From: an uncultured Candidatus Saccharibacteria bacterium
GTDB lineage: Bacteria; Patescibacteriota; Saccharimonadia; Saccharimonadales; Saccharimonadaceae
Assembly (NCBI GenBank): GCA_946532885.1
Contig: CAMNBP010000001.1
Location: 1-42,362 of the forward strand
DNA: 42,362 nucleotides
Reading direction: 5' to 3'
Both the position numbers and the translations under genes were made by a program. The notes beneath the pieces are model-generated. The model did not search any database, had not been told where the DNA came from, and worked only from the letters and a program-made list of their open reading frames with translations. Position 1 is the stretch's first letter, and each line of letters begins with the position of its first letter. Shown here in pieces: positions 25,264 through 34,984 of this stretch.

Positions 25264-25911
25264 TTATTTTTCCTCCTTAGCGGCAGCTTTTTCTGCTTTT
25301 GGAGCGGCTTTTTTAGCGCCATGCCATTGTTCGTGTGGAACTTGTTGGCGCAAACCTTCGACTACGGCGTAGGCGATGTTAGCCTTGTTGGTTGAGCCGA
25401 GTGATTTGCTGATTAAGTTCTTAACACCAGTAAGGCCAATGATAGAACGGACGACACCGCCGGCGATAATACCGGTACCAGGTGCGGCTGGCTTCATCAA
25501 GACGTGAGCGCCAGTAACCTTGGTTTCAACTTCGTGGCAGATAGTTTCGCCATTTAAGTTGATGGTAATCATATTCTTCTTTGCGCGGCGTTCGGCTTTT
25601 TGGACGGCAGTAGTAACATCATTACCTTTTGCCATAGCTACGCCAATGCGATTCTTATGATCGCCAACAGCAACGAGAGCTTGGAAGCGCATACGGCGAC
25701 CACCAGCTACGGTGCGGGAGACGCGGTTAATCGAAATATTGACGGAATCGAATTCTTTTTTGCCTTCTTCGGCGGCGCGGCGGCCACGGCGATTGTCGCG
25801 GCGGCGACCACGGAATTCGTTCTGGGCCTTAGCTTCGCGAGCGGCGACAGCTTCGTCAGTAAGACGAGTGGTGCCTGCTTTATTGATAACTTTAGGTTGT
25901 TTCTTATCCAT
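25264..25911 (-). CDS. rpsE: 30S ribosomal protein S5 (R-rich N-terminal and K/A-rich C-terminal extensions)
   Basis: INRVSRTVAGGRRMRFQALVAVGD.. core. I chose start ATG25911 (MDKKQPK..), 1 nt after the rplR stop; the track's longer start overlaps rplR. Confidence 0.93.
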   Translation of the reverse strand: MDKKQPKVINKAGTTRLTDEAVAAREAKAQNEFRGRRRDNRRGRRAAEEGKKEFDSVNISINRVSRTVAGGRRMRFQALVAVGDHKNRIGVAMAKGNDVTTAVQKAERRAKKNMITINLNGETICHEVETKVTGAHVLMKPAAPGTGIIAGGVVRSIIGLTGVKNLISKSLGSTNKANIAYAVVEGLRQQVPHEQWHGAKKAAPKAEKAAAKEEK

Positions 25912-25912
25912 A

Positions 25913-26242
25913 TTAGAACTCCAATCCTTCCTTGCGGGCGGCATCGGCTAATGCACTGAGGCGACCTGCATAAAGGTGAGCGCCACGGTCGAAGACGACG
26001 GTCTTGATCTTGGCTTTCTTTGCTTTTTTGGCGATCTCGGAGCCGATAAAGGCGGCGAGTTCGGTTTTGCTGCCTTTTTGCTTGCTGCCAACGGTAGTAG
26101 CATAGGCGAGCGTTACACCCTTATCATCGTCGATGATTTGAGCAGTAACATGCATATTGCTGATATTTACGCTAAGGCGTGGGCGTTCAGCAGTGCCGTG
26201 AATCTTTGCACGAGTGCGATTCGCTCTAAATTCTGCTTTCAT
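25913..26242 (-). CDS. rplR: 50S ribosomal protein L18
   Basis: 109 aa; ..RPRLSVNISNMHVTAQIIDD.., ..VVFDRGAHLYAGRLSALADAARKEGLEF. Confidence 0.95.
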   Translation of the reverse strand: MKAEFRANRTRAKIHGTAERPRLSVNISNMHVTAQIIDDDKGVTLAYATTVGSKQKGSKTELAAFIGSEIAKKAKKAKIKTVVFDRGAHLYAGRLSALADAARKEGLEF

Positions 26243-26244
26243 GA

Positions 26245-26781
26245 TTATTTCTTCCCTGCCTTACCGGCTTTACGGATAATATGTTCATCGACGTACTTGA
26301 TGCCCTTGCCCTTGTATGGTTCTGGCTTCTTGAGTGCGCGAATCTCGGCGGCAACTTGGCCAACCAATTGCTTATCGATGCCACTGACGGTAATTTGCAT
26401 CTTGTCAGTCTTTAATTCAATGCCTTCTGGGGCTTTGTATTTGACTGGGTGCGAAAAACCAAGTGCCATTTCGATTTCTTTAGGACCACCAGAAAGACGG
26501 AAACCAACACCGTTGATTTCGAGTTGCTTGCTGAATCCTTTGGTAACGCCAGTTACGGCGTTATTAAGTAGTGCGCGTTGCAAACCGTGCCAAGCTTTTG
26601 ATTTTGGCTCATCGTCGCTACGCGTCACGATGATTTGGTTACCCTCGACTTTCGTCGTGGTATTTTCCTGAACAGGAACCTGTAGCGTGCCTTTTGGACC
26701 AGCGACGGTGATTTCTTTGTCGCCGACCGTAATTGTCACGCCCGCAGGAATCTCTACAGGTAGTTTTCCGATACGACTCAT
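26245..26781 (-). CDS. rplF: 50S ribosomal protein L6
   Basis: 178 aa; MSRIGKLPVEIPAGVTI... Confidence 0.95.
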   Translation of the reverse strand: MSRIGKLPVEIPAGVTITVGDKEITVAGPKGTLQVPVQENTTTKVEGNQIIVTRSDDEPKSKAWHGLQRALLNNAVTGVTKGFSKQLEINGVGFRLSGGPKEIEMALGFSHPVKYKAPEGIELKTDKMQITVSGIDKQLVGQVAAEIRALKKPEPYKGKGIKYVDEHIIRKAGKAGKK

Positions 26782-26811
26782 TGCGTTCCTCTTGTTAATA
26801 ATATCTTTGCC

Positions 26812-26840
26812 ATTTTACCATATCTAATAGATTTTTGCAA
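26812..26840 (-). promoter_or_regulatory. Sigma-70-type promoter for rplF (TTGCAA-17-TAAAAT, minus strand)
   Basis: -35 at 26840-26835, -10 at 26817-26812. A promoter is needed here because rpsH upstream is cut off by an opposite-strand gene and terminators. Confidence 0.5.
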
Positions 26841-26984
26841 GAACAGAGAGAATGATCATTATAGTTTATTGCTTAAGATTTCGTGGTACTTTTTTGTTAT
26901 GCTTGCATAGAGTCAGGTTTTACCGCATACTTTTTGAGAGCATTTTGCTCGCACATTCACATTTTTTGACAGGAGGTTTTGATT

Positions 26985-28142
26985 ATGAATGTATCTGTTA
27001 TTGCGTCAACTAAAGATGGCTATGTTCTTCCTGTTGCCGACGCAGAGTTGCATGCCGGACATGCGGCTGGCATCTGCTACATGAAGGACGACTTTGACTC
27101 TATCCTTGCTGAGCCGGTTGAAAAAACTGAGAAGAGGTTTGCCGGTACGGCTGGTTCTGGCCACCATAGCGTTTCTGGACACCCTGGCTATAACCTGTTG
27201 ATTGAGGGGATCCCGAAGATCATCGCAATGATTCTCAACAATGAGCAGGACTATAACACGTCCGAAAAGTCAGCCCGCTATACGACAATGACGACTTCCG
27301 ACCTGGAGCGCGAAATCTACGAAAAATGGATTGAAAAATTCACTCTTCTGATTTCTGCTCGCTATCCGAAGATTCCGGCGACAACAGTGAACAAGCTGGC
27401 CAAAGAAAATGCGAGATATTTTATTTCGGTTTTCACTCCGTCGACGGTTATGGAATATACAGTCGACTTTCGTCAGGGCAATTATCTGATTGGCTTTATG
27501 GAAGATTTGGCGAAGAATTCTCCGGTTGGGGACCCGTTTTACGACCGTCTGCGTCCGTATCTGATCGAGACGGCTAAACAGTTCCGTTCTATCTTTAATG
27601 ACGACAGAATTCGTGACAACAAAGGTAGAAAAATTTCGCTATTCGGCAACCGCGTGCGACGCGAGTACTTTGGCGACGTCTATAGTGTTAACTATAGCGG
27701 CAGTTTTGCTGAAATGGCGCAGGCTCAACGACACCGTTCACTGAAATATGAGATGTTGCTGCCCGACTTGGCGAATTGCGAATTCTTCGTGCCGCCGATT
27801 ATCGAAGATGCGGATACTCGCGCTGAGTATCTTGCAGATATGTCCAAGCTAAAAGAGAACTATCCGCAGGGTATGCTGGTGCACATTAATGAGCGCGGTA
27901 CGCTTGAGGCTTTTGTCTTGAAGTGTCACGAACGTTTGTGTGGCGCCGCTCAACTTGAAATCTGCAATCAAACCAAAGACACTCTGGAGCGTTATATCTC
28001 TGGGGCGCTTTTCGTTGAAGATGTTGAGGTCTACAAAGTTCTGCACGAACTTGAAGGTAAGACTAAGTGCGCACTCGGTTACTATCACTGCAATCGTCCT
28101 TGTCCGCTTGGTCCAGCCATGGCATTTACTCGCAAAATCTAA
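26985..28142 (+). CDS. Divergent ThyX (Thy1, flavin-dependent thymidylate synthase) family-like protein that appears internally duplicated
   Basis: First half: SGHHSVSGH, SEKSARYT, ENARYFISVF..VDFRQGNYLIGFM. Second half: FAEMAQAQRHRSLKYE, FFVPP, INERGTLEAFVLKCHERLCGAAQLEI. SD AGGAGG (26971-26976) is 8 nt before ATG26985 (the track starts at TTG26979). Confidence 0.5.
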   Translation: MNVSVIASTKDGYVLPVADAELHAGHAAGICYMKDDFDSILAEPVEKTEKRFAGTAGSGHHSVSGHPGYNLLIEGIPKIIAMILNNEQDYNTSEKSARYTTMTTSDLEREIYEKWIEKFTLLISARYPKIPATTVNKLAKENARYFISVFTPSTVMEYTVDFRQGNYLIGFMEDLAKNSPVGDPFYDRLRPYLIETAKQFRSIFNDDRIRDNKGRKISLFGNRVRREYFGDVYSVNYSGSFAEMAQAQRHRSLKYEMLLPDLANCEFFVPPIIEDADTRAEYLADMSKLKENYPQGMLVHINERGTLEAFVLKCHERLCGAAQLEICNQTKDTLERYISGALFVEDVEVYKVLHELEGKTKCALGYYHCNRPCPLGPAMAFTRKI

Positions 28143-28162
28143 GTCAAAAGTTCTTTTTTAGG

Positions 28163-28189
28163 AAAGCCACCGGTTCCGCCGGTGGCTTT
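28163..28189 (+). terminator. Terminator hairpin after the ThyX-like gene
   Basis: Perfect 11-bp stem AAAGCCACCGG-TTCCG-CCGGTGGCTTT followed by T. Confidence 0.65.
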
Positions 28190-28198
28190 TGACCTATC

Positions 28199-28227
28199 AA
28201 AAAATACCCCTGTGATGGGGTATTTTT
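28199..28227 (-). terminator. Intrinsic terminator after rpsH
   Basis: AAAATACCCC-TGTGAT-GGGGTATTTT. On the minus strand it is followed by TTTTTTG, 12 nt past the rpsH stop. Confidence 0.65.
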
Positions 28228-28238
28228 CGTTTTTACTA

Positions 28239-28640
28239 TTACCAAACGCGGACGAGGATTTCGCCACCGAGCTTGTTCTTGACGGCTTCTTGGCCAGTCA
28301 TGATACCTTTGCTGGTAGAGACAAGTACGGTTCCGCGGCCAGATTTGACCTTTGGAATTTCGTTGACGCCAGCATAGATACGACGGCCAGGTTTAGAGAC
28401 CTTGGTGATTTCGTTGATGCGAGCGTTTTCGTCTTCGTTATTGATAATAATATGAAGAATTGAACGTGGTTCAGCTTCTTCGATTTCTACCTTCTCGAGG
28501 TAGTGAATCTTCTGTAATTTTTCTGCGACTGCAAATTTGAGCTTGCTGGTTGGAACGCGGATTTCAGTCTTGCCGACTGCGATGGCGTTGCGGATGCGGG
28601 TGATCAAATCTGCTACTGGGTCAGTTGTTTGAATAGACAT
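28239..28640 (-). CDS. rpsH: 30S ribosomal protein S8
   Basis: MSIQTTDPVADLITRIRNA.. from ATG28640. The track's upstream start overlaps rpsN. Confidence 0.95.
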   Translation of the reverse strand: MSIQTTDPVADLITRIRNAIAVGKTEIRVPTSKLKFAVAEKLQKIHYLEKVEIEEAEPRSILHIIINNEDENARINEITKVSKPGRRIYAGVNEIPKVKSGRGTVLVSTSKGIMTGQEAVKNKLGGEILVRVW

Positions 28641-28660
28641 ATTTTCTCTCCTTTCTCCTT

Positions 28661-28930
28661 TTACCAACTACTCTTTGTTACGCCAGGGATTTCGCCCTTG
28701 CTTGCTTTTTCGCGGAAATTAATGCGGGATAGACCGAAGCGGCGCATGTAGCCACGTGGACGGCCATCGAGCATGTCGCGGTTCTTAAGGCGGGTTGGGC
28801 TTGCATTGCGTGGAAGCTTCTGGAGACCTTCGAGATCGCCGGCAGCCTTAAGTTCTGCGCGTTTTGCAGCATATTTTGCGTGCATTTGACGTCGTTTTTC
28901 GTCGCGAAGGACGGCACTCTTCTTAGCCAT
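28661..28930 (-). CDS. rpsN: 30S ribosomal protein S14 (long form, no CxxC zinc motif)
   Basis: 89 aa; [16 protein letters not shown].., ..[26 protein letters not shown]. Confidence 0.95.
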   Translation of the reverse strand: MAKKSAVLRDEKRRQMHAKYAAKRAELKAAGDLEGLQKLPRNASPTRLKNRDMLDGRPRGYMRRFGLSRINFREKASKGEIPGVTKSSW

Positions 28931-28931
28931 A

Positions 28932-29504
28932 TTATTTATCCTCCTTCTCGAACGGCATACCGAACTTTTCTAACAATTTAGTACTTCCTTCCTTTGAACC
29001 ATTTTTAATTACGAAGGTAATTTCAATACCGTGCATAACTGCAGAATCTTCGAAGCTGATTTCTGGGAAGACAGTTTGATCTTTGAGACCAATGCTGTAG
29101 TTGCCCTGAGCATCGAATGATTTGCGCGATACGCCATGGAAGTCACGGACGTGTGGCAAAACGATATTGATGAAACGATCAGTAAATTCGTAAGCTTTGT
29201 TGCCGCGAAGTGTTGTCAAATAACCAACTGGGGCACCCATGCCTTTACGAATCTTAAACTGAGCGATAGATTTCTTAGCTTTGCGGCTTGTTACGGCCTG
29301 GCCAGTAATCTTAGTAAGAGTAAGCTCTACGGTTTCAGTGTAGCGCTTATCTTCGCGTTTTTTACCAACGCCTGAAGATACGATAACTTTATCAAGTTTT
29401 GGTACTTCATTGATATTGTTGAGTTTGAGCTCATCTTTGAGTTCTTTAGCAACGGTCTCGTTGTAGAGAGTCTTTAAGCGAGCTTCATATTTAGTTTCAG
29501 CCAT
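28932..29504 (-). CDS. rplE: 50S ribosomal protein L5
   Basis: 190 aa; ..[19 protein letters not shown].., position between rplX and rpsN. Confidence 0.95.
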   Translation of the reverse strand: MAETKYEARLKTLYNETVAKELKDELKLNNINEVPKLDKVIVSSGVGKKREDKRYTETVELTLTKITGQAVTSRKAKKSIAQFKIRKGMGAPVGYLTTLRGNKAYEFTDRFINIVLPHVRDFHGVSRKSFDAQGNYSIGLKDQTVFPEISFEDSAVMHGIEITFVIKNGSKEGSTKLLEKFGMPFEKEDK

Positions 29505-29824
29505 TACTTAACCTCCCTGTTATTTGCTTGACGGGCAACACGAACAGTTTTGCCGTCGTTATCTTTTACGAAACCAATGCGGCTGGTGGCGCCAGTCTTA
29601 GCGTCGATTACGAGAGCGACTTTGCTTGCGTCAACAGGAACTTGAATTTCTTTCTTACCGGCGCGGCGATACATGCTTGGGCGCATGTGGCGCTCGCGAT
29701 TGCCGATACCCTCAATGAGGACTTTATTTTCTTGTGGTAAAACTTTGGTGACTTTACCGGTCTTACCCTTATCGGCACCGGAAATAATCTTTACTGTGTC
29801 ACCAGTCTTAATACGAACACCCAT
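29504..29824 (-). CDS. rplX: 50S ribosomal protein L24
   Basis: 106 aa; KOW motif KTGDTVKIISGADKGKTGKV. Confidence 0.95.
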   Translation of the reverse strand: MGVRIKTGDTVKIISGADKGKTGKVTKVLPQENKVLIEGIGNRERHMRPSMYRRAGKKEIQVPVDASKVALVIDAKTGATSRIGFVKDNDGKTVRVARQANNREVK

Positions 29825-30192
29825 TATAGTACCTCCGGAGCTAAGCTGATAATTTTGCTGTAGCCGAGATCGCGAAGTTCACGAGGAACTGGGCCGAATA
29901 CACGGGTACCTTTAGGGGTTTTATCGTCGTTAACGAGCACGGCTGCGTTATCGTCGAAACGAATGGTTGATCCATCAGGACGGCGAATGGTAGCGCGAGT
30001 ACGAACGATGACGGCACGGACAACGGCTTTTTTCTTGACGTTGCCAGTTGGCGATGCTTCCTTTACGCTGCAAGTGACGATATCGCCGACGTGAGCATAA
30101 CGGGCACGCGTGCCACCGAGTACGCGGATAACACCAAGTTCCTTGGCGCCGCTATTATCGGCAACTTTCAAACGTGTTTCTTGTTGAATCAT
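29824..30192 (-). CDS. rplN: 50S ribosomal protein L14
   Basis: 122 aa; [17 protein letters not shown]... Confidence 0.97.
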   Translation of the reverse strand: MIQQETRLKVADNSGAKELGVIRVLGGTRARYAHVGDIVTCSVKEASPTGNVKKKAVVRAVIVRTRATIRRPDGSTIRFDDNAAVLVNDDKTPKGTRVFGPVPRELRDLGYSKIISLAPEVL

Positions 30193-30195
30193 TTA

Positions 30196-30501
30196 TTATT
30201 CCTCCCCTTCTTCTGAAGTCTCTTCGACCTGGGTGACTTCGTCTTTGAGTTCTACCTTACCGTGGCTCTTCTCGAGAACCTTCACGAGAGTCCAGGTTTT
30301 GGTTTTGCTGATTGGGCGAGTTTCGGCAATCATTACCGTATCGCCTTCATGAGCTTCGTTCTTTTCATCGTGAGCAGTATACTTACGGGTGATTTTGAAC
30401 TGCTTCTTGTAGATTGGATGCGTTTCACGAGAGGTGATCATGACCGTAATGGTCTTGTCACGCTTGTCGGAAGACACTACTCCAGTCAGTGTGCGTGCCA
30501 T
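30196..30501 (-). CDS. rpsQ: 30S ribosomal protein S17 (acidic C-terminal tail)
   Basis: 101 aa; [16 protein letters not shown].., ..[18 protein letters not shown]. Confidence 0.95.
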   Translation of the reverse strand: MARTLTGVVSSDKRDKTITVMITSRETHPIYKKQFKITRKYTAHDEKNEAHEGDTVMIAETRPISKTKTWTLVKVLEKSHGKVELKDEVTQVEETSEEGEE

Positions 30502-30713
30502 TATTTATCTCCTTCCGTGGCGTTAATCTTTGTCATAATGCGAGCGATTTCTTTCTTGATCGCTTTGATGCGGTGTGGGTTCTGTAAGACAGTACCGAGA
30601 CCTTGTTGTGCGATGAGAAGTTCTTCCTGTTTCTTCTGGAGTTGTTCTTCGAGTGGAAGATTGCTGATAACTTCAGCTTCTTTCGCGGCTTTCTTATCTT
30701 TCTTGACTGCCAT
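30501..30713 (-). CDS. rpmC: 50S ribosomal protein L29
   Basis: 70 aa helical protein between rplP and rpsQ; ..[17 protein letters not shown].. Confidence 0.9.
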   Translation of the reverse strand: MAVKKDKKAAKEAEVISNLPLEEQLQKKQEELLIAQQGLGTVLQNPHRIKAIKKEIARIMTKINATEGDK

Positions 30714-30714
30714 C

Positions 30715-31137
30715 TTACTTCTCCTCGCCTTTCTTTACGATTTTGCAGCGTACTGGGAGCTTGTGGCTAGCAAGGCGAAGTGCCTCTTTTGCCTGTTCGT
30801 CAGTGACTTCTGCAATTTCGAACATAACAGTACCGGCTTTAACCTTGGCGACGTGATATGCTGGTTCACCTTTACCGCTACCCATCTTGACATCAAGTGG
30901 TTTCTTGGTGACTGGGATGTGTGGGAAGATGCGAATCCAGATTTTACCACCACGTTTGACGTAGCGAGTGATTGCCTGGCGGGCTGCCTCAATTTGGCGA
31001 CCGTTGATGCGCTCGTTATCGAGGCTCATCAAACCGTAATCGCCGAACGCTACAGTGTTGCAGCGGGAGGCTTTACCGGTGTTTTTGCCCTTGCGAACTT
31101 TGCGATGGGCTTCCTTGCGTGGTTGACTAAGTGCCAT
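30715..31137 (-). CDS. rplP: 50S ribosomal protein L16
   Basis: 140 aa; ..[30 protein letters not shown].. Confidence 0.95.
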   Translation of the reverse strand: MALSQPRKEAHRKVRKGKNTGKASRCNTVAFGDYGLMSLDNERINGRQIEAARQAITRYVKRGGKIWIRIFPHIPVTKKPLDVKMGSGKGEPAYHVAKVKAGTVMFEIAEVTDEQAKEALRLASHKLPVRCKIVKKGEEK

Positions 31138-31139
31138 AA

Positions 31140-31766
31140 TTATTTCTCCCCCTTATAGATCCAAACTTTAACACCTACAATACCAGCAATGGTTTGAGCG
31201 TGCTCGACATAGAAGTCGATATCGGCACGAAGAGTATGTAGAGGCACGGAGCCTTCAATAAACTTTTCGCGGCGAGACATTTCAGCACCGTTCAAACGGC
31301 CGGAAACTTCAACGCGGATACCTTTGGCGCCTGCATTCATAGTGGATGCGAGAGCCATCTTAACGGCACGGCGGAAGTTCATACGCTTACCAAGTTGGAA
31401 GCCGATATTCTCGGCGACAAGCTTGGCGCTAAGTTCTGGTTTTTTAACTTCTTCGACATTGATGCGAAGAGGACTGTCGGTAACTTGCTCGAGAAGTTTC
31501 TTGAGCTCGTTGATACCGGCACCTTGCTTGCCAATCACTGCACCGGCTTTAGCGGTACGAATAGTGATAGTAGTAAGGTTTGGGCTGCGCTCGATGCTGA
31601 TGCGATCGATAGTTGGGCGACTCTTGAAGCGATCTTCGATAACTTCGCGGATCTTAGTATCTTCAATAAGCCAGTTGCGATAATCAGCTTTGCGAGCAAA
31701 CCACTTGCTGCTCCAGTTCTTGTTGACCTGGAGGCGGTAGCTAATAGGACTTACTTTTTGACCCAT
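31140..31766 (-). CDS. rpsC: 30S ribosomal protein S3
   Basis: 208 aa; MGQKVSPISYRL.., KH domain. Confidence 0.96.
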   Translation of the reverse strand: MGQKVSPISYRLQVNKNWSSKWFARKADYRNWLIEDTKIREVIEDRFKSRPTIDRISIERSPNLTTITIRTAKAGAVIGKQGAGINELKKLLEQVTDSPLRINVEEVKKPELSAKLVAENIGFQLGKRMNFRRAVKMALASTMNAGAKGIRVEVSGRLNGAEMSRREKFIEGSVPLHTLRADIDFYVEHAQTIAGIVGVKVWIYKGEK

Positions 31767-32179
31767 TACTTGCTCTCCTTTTCTTTCTTATCAGCCTTCT
31801 TTGCGTCATCAGCTTTTGCTGCAGCTTTTTTGGCTTTTTCTTCGCCTACGACCTCAACAAAGATGTTGGACGAAATCTTTTCATAAGGCAATGCGCGACC
31901 GCGGCTAGCTGGTACATAGCGGCGCATACGAGTGCCAGCAGTAACCGTAATGCGGTTGATTGCAATGGTCTTCGTATCGATGCTGCCACTTTGCATTAAG
32001 TTTGCAGCGGCGGATTGAATTGCTTTCATGACAGGCTTTGCGGCGCGGCGTGGCGTATTCTCTAGAATTACCACAGCGTCTGCGACGTAGCGATCACGGA
32101 CAAGACTTGCAACAATGTTGGCCTTGCGTGGTTGTACGTCGATGCCTTTGATGTATGCGTGTGCAGATTTAGTTGCCAT
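31766..32179 (-). CDS. rplV: 50S ribosomal protein L22 (K/A-rich C-terminal tail)
   Basis: 137 aa; position between rpsS and rpsC; ..QPRKANIVASLVRDRYVADAVVILE.. Confidence 0.94.
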   Translation of the reverse strand: MATKSAHAYIKGIDVQPRKANIVASLVRDRYVADAVVILENTPRRAAKPVMKAIQSAAANLMQSGSIDTKTIAINRITVTAGTRMRRYVPASRGRALPYEKISSNIFVEVVGEEKAKKAAAKADDAKKADKKEKESK

Positions 32180-32182
32180 AGA

Positions 32183-32473
32183 TTATGCCCCCTTCTTTGC
32201 TGCGGCTTCGGCAGCTTTCTTGCCACCATGGCGCTTAAATTTGCGGGTTGGAGCGAATTCGCCGAGCTTGTGGCCAACCATGTTTTCAGTAACAAATACT
32301 GGAACATGGACGCGACCGTTGTGGACAGCGATAGTGCGGCCAACCATTTCTGGGCTGATAGTCGACTGACGTGCCCAGGTTTTTACGATAGTGCGGTCTT
32401 CAGCGGAAAGAGCTTCGATTTTTTTTTGAAGCTTGTAGTCCACAAAAGGCCCTTTCTTAAGAGATCTAGACAT
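32183..32473 (-). CDS. rpsS: 30S ribosomal protein S19
   Basis: 96 aa; [12 protein letters not shown].., ..[17 protein letters not shown]. Confidence 0.96.
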   Translation of the reverse strand: MSRSLKKGPFVDYKLQKKIEALSAEDRTIVKTWARQSTISPEMVGRTIAVHNGRVHVPVFVTENMVGHKLGEFAPTRKFKRHGGKKAAEAAAKKGA

Positions 32474-32476
32474 AGA

Positions 32477-33313
32477 CTATTTCCTCTTCCCTTCATGACG
32501 ACTGCGGACAATCATCTTGTTAGTTTTCTTATTATGACGGGTGCGATAACCCAAAGTGAGTTGACCCCATGGTGTGCGTGGAGCCTTACCCGTACCGTGA
32601 CGACCACCGTCACCACCACCGTGTGGGTGATCAGTAGCGTTCATAACAACACCACGGACGGTTGGGCGAATGCCTTTGCGGCGTTTGCGGCCAGCGGAAC
32701 CGATTTTGATGTTTTGGTGTTGAACGTTACCGACGACGCCGATATTGGCGCTGCAGCTAGTTAATACTTTGCGAACTTCGCCGGATGGCATGCGGATAGT
32801 AGCATAGCCGTTTTCTTTAGCCATAAGCTGGGCAGATGCGCCAGCAGCACGGACGGCTTGTGCGCCTTTACCTGGGGTGAGTTCGATTGCGTAAATTTGC
32901 GTACCTACTGGGATTTGTTCGAGAGTTAAGCGGTTGCTGGTCTCGATTGGGGCTTCTTCGCCAGTCTGGAATTCGAAGCCTTTGACCATGTTGGTATCAG
33001 CAATTACATAGTAGTAAATGCCGTTTTGATCTTTGACGCGAGCAATACGTGCACTGCGGTTTGGATCGTATTCGATTTCTTCGACACGGAGAGTAAGTCC
33101 GGCTGGAAGATTATGAGTCAAGATACGATAGTGGCGTTTGACGCCGCCGCCGCGATGGCGAACCGTGATGCGACCGGAATTGTTTTTACCGGCTTGTTGC
33201 TTTTTGCTCACTACCAAGCTTTTGAGTGGCTTACGGGTAGTAATCATGTCAAAATCTTGGGTGGTTTTTTGACGTTGAGCCGGCGTGGTTGGGCGATAAG
33301 CTTTAATACTCAT
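32477..33313 (-). CDS. rplB: 50S ribosomal protein L2
   Basis: 278 aa; ..VMNATDHPHGGGDGG.. Confidence 0.97.
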   Translation of the reverse strand: MSIKAYRPTTPAQRQKTTQDFDMITTRKPLKSLVVSKKQQAGKNNSGRITVRHRGGGVKRHYRILTHNLPAGLTLRVEEIEYDPNRSARIARVKDQNGIYYYVIADTNMVKGFEFQTGEEAPIETSNRLTLEQIPVGTQIYAIELTPGKGAQAVRAAGASAQLMAKENGYATIRMPSGEVRKVLTSCSANIGVVGNVQHQNIKIGSAGRKRRKGIRPTVRGVVMNATDHPHGGGDGGRHGTGKAPRTPWGQLTLGYRTRHNKKTNKMIVRSRHEGKRK

Positions 33314-33651
33314 TATTTATCTCCTCCCTTGTCGGATTTCTTGTCAGTTTTTTCTTCTTCTACTGGTTCCTCATCGAAGATTTTGATAGAATCGCCGTCT
33401 TTCAAAGTAACGAAAGCGATTTTCTTGTCTTGGCGATAAGTGGTACCAGGATAGGCGTGCTTGCCTCTGCTATATTTAGTAGCTTTACCCTTGCGAATGG
33501 TAATGCGAACTGAAGTGACGGTAACGCCGAATTGTTCGCTGACCTGCTTGGTAACAGCTTGTTTGCTAGCATCGCTAGGAACAATGAACATATAACCGCG
33601 CTTGGTTTGTTCGCGATAGGCTTTTTCGGTTTGAATTGGACGAATCAACAT
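33313..33651 (-). CDS. rplW: 50S ribosomal protein L23 (charged C-terminal tail)
   Basis: 112 aa; MLIRPIQTEKAYRE... Confidence 0.93.
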   Translation of the reverse strand: MLIRPIQTEKAYREQTKRGYMFIVPSDASKQAVTKQVSEQFGVTVTSVRITIRKGKATKYSRGKHAYPGTTYRQDKKIAFVTLKDGDSIKIFDEEPVEEEKTDKKSDKGGDK

Positions 33652-34253
33652 TATGCGTTCTCCTTTCCAATAAGCCAGTTCTCAATTGCTTCGATAGCAG
33701 CTTCAACAATGATGATTTGATCAGCATTGAGAATATCGAAAACGTTGAGATAAGTTGGGCGAACCACCTTGACGTTGGCAATGTTATTTGTTGCGCGCAA
33801 GATGCTTTCGGTCTTTTCTGGAACTACTACGAGGTAATTCTTGTTGGACTCGATATTGAGTTCTTTGACTGCATCTTTAGTTTTACCGCTTTTAGCGTCA
33901 AACTTTGCGATTACGCTGACTGCCTTGTCGGCATTCTGCATAGATAGAGCTTGGCGAACGGCTTGAAGTTTAGCGGCCTTGCTGATTTTCTTGGAGAAGT
34001 TTTCTTCACCAGTACGACCGAAGGCTACGCCACCGTGGCGCCAAATTGGGTTACGAGTCGAACCAAAACGTGCACGACCAGTACCTTTTTGCTTCCATGG
34101 CTTCTTGCCACCACCACGAACTTCACCGCGTTTGAGAGTCTTCGCGTGTGAGCTACGGGAGTTTGCAAGATATGCATCGTAAGCTAATTTTACTAATTCG
34201 TGATTATCGACGGAGAGGCCGAAGATATCTTTATTCAATTTTGCTTCTGCCAT
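33651..34253 (-). CDS. rplD: 50S ribosomal protein L4
   Basis: 200 aa; ..KPWKQKGTGRARFGSTRNPIWRHGGVAFG.. Confidence 0.95.
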   Translation of the reverse strand: MAEAKLNKDIFGLSVDNHELVKLAYDAYLANSRSSHAKTLKRGEVRGGGKKPWKQKGTGRARFGSTRNPIWRHGGVAFGRTGEENFSKKISKAAKLQAVRQALSMQNADKAVSVIAKFDAKSGKTKDAVKELNIESNKNYLVVVPEKTESILRATNNIANVKVVRPTYLNVFDILNADQIIIVEAAIEAIENWLIGKENA

Positions 34254-34254
34254 A

Positions 34255-34875
34255 TTACTCCTTTCCCTCGACCATTACGAGACCTTTGTTTGGACCAGGC
34301 ACAGCGCCTTTGAGACCAATAAGGTTGTGTTCTGCATCAATGTAAGAAACAGTGAGATTCTTAACAGTGACGCGATCGTGGCCCATACGGCCAGCCATCT
34401 TCTTGCCCTTGAAGACTTTTTGTGGGTACATAGAACCGATGGAACCGACTTTGCGAATATCTCCCTTGAAACCGTGCGTATTGCGGGATTCTTGGAAGTT
34501 ATGACGCTTGACGGTACCAGCGAAACCTTTACCCTTGCTGGTGCCAGTAACTTGGACTTTGTCGCCGAGAGCGAATTCGCTAACAGTAAGCTCGCTACCG
34601 AGGCTCAAATCTGCTGGAATTTCTTCGACGCGGAATTCACGAATGTACTTAGGGTTAATATCTTTTCCGGCTTTTTTGACGTGTCCGGACACGGCCTTGC
34701 TCAGATTCTTACCCTGACCAAATGCCAATTGCACAGCGCTATATCCGTCAGTTTCGACAGACTTAGTCTGAGTCACTGTGCATGGGCCGGCTTGAAGGAT
34801 AGTTACTGGGGTAACTACGCCATCTTCACCGATGATCTGGGTCATACCAATCTTGGTGCCGAGGATGATTTTCAT
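34255..34875 (-). CDS. rplC: 50S ribosomal protein L3
   Basis: MKIILGTKIGMTQI.. from ATG34875 (SD GGAAAGGA upstream). The track's start at 34926 would add 17 non-conserved residues. Confidence 0.93.
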   Translation of the reverse strand: MKIILGTKIGMTQIIGEDGVVTPVTILQAGPCTVTQTKSVETDGYSAVQLAFGQGKNLSKAVSGHVKKAGKDINPKYIREFRVEEIPADLSLGSELTVSEFALGDKVQVTGTSKGKGFAGTVKRHNFQESRNTHGFKGDIRKVGSIGSMYPQKVFKGKKMAGRMGHDRVTVKNLTVSYIDAEHNLIGLKGAVPGPNKGLVMVEGKE

Positions 34876-34984
34876 CTTTGGGCGTCCTTTCCCATTAAAA
34901 TCACTTGGCTTATGAGCGGTATCCATCTCTCTGCTGGACCTAACTCTTGCGCCAATGTGATGTTACTTTTAATATACGGGAGTA

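Noticed and set aside
26853-27010. Small plus-strand ORF (about 52 codons from ATG near 26853) in the rplF/ThyX-like intergenic region
   Set aside because: Cys/Leu/Phe-rich translation with no SD. It overlaps the ThyX-like start region and the predicted promoters. Most likely chance.
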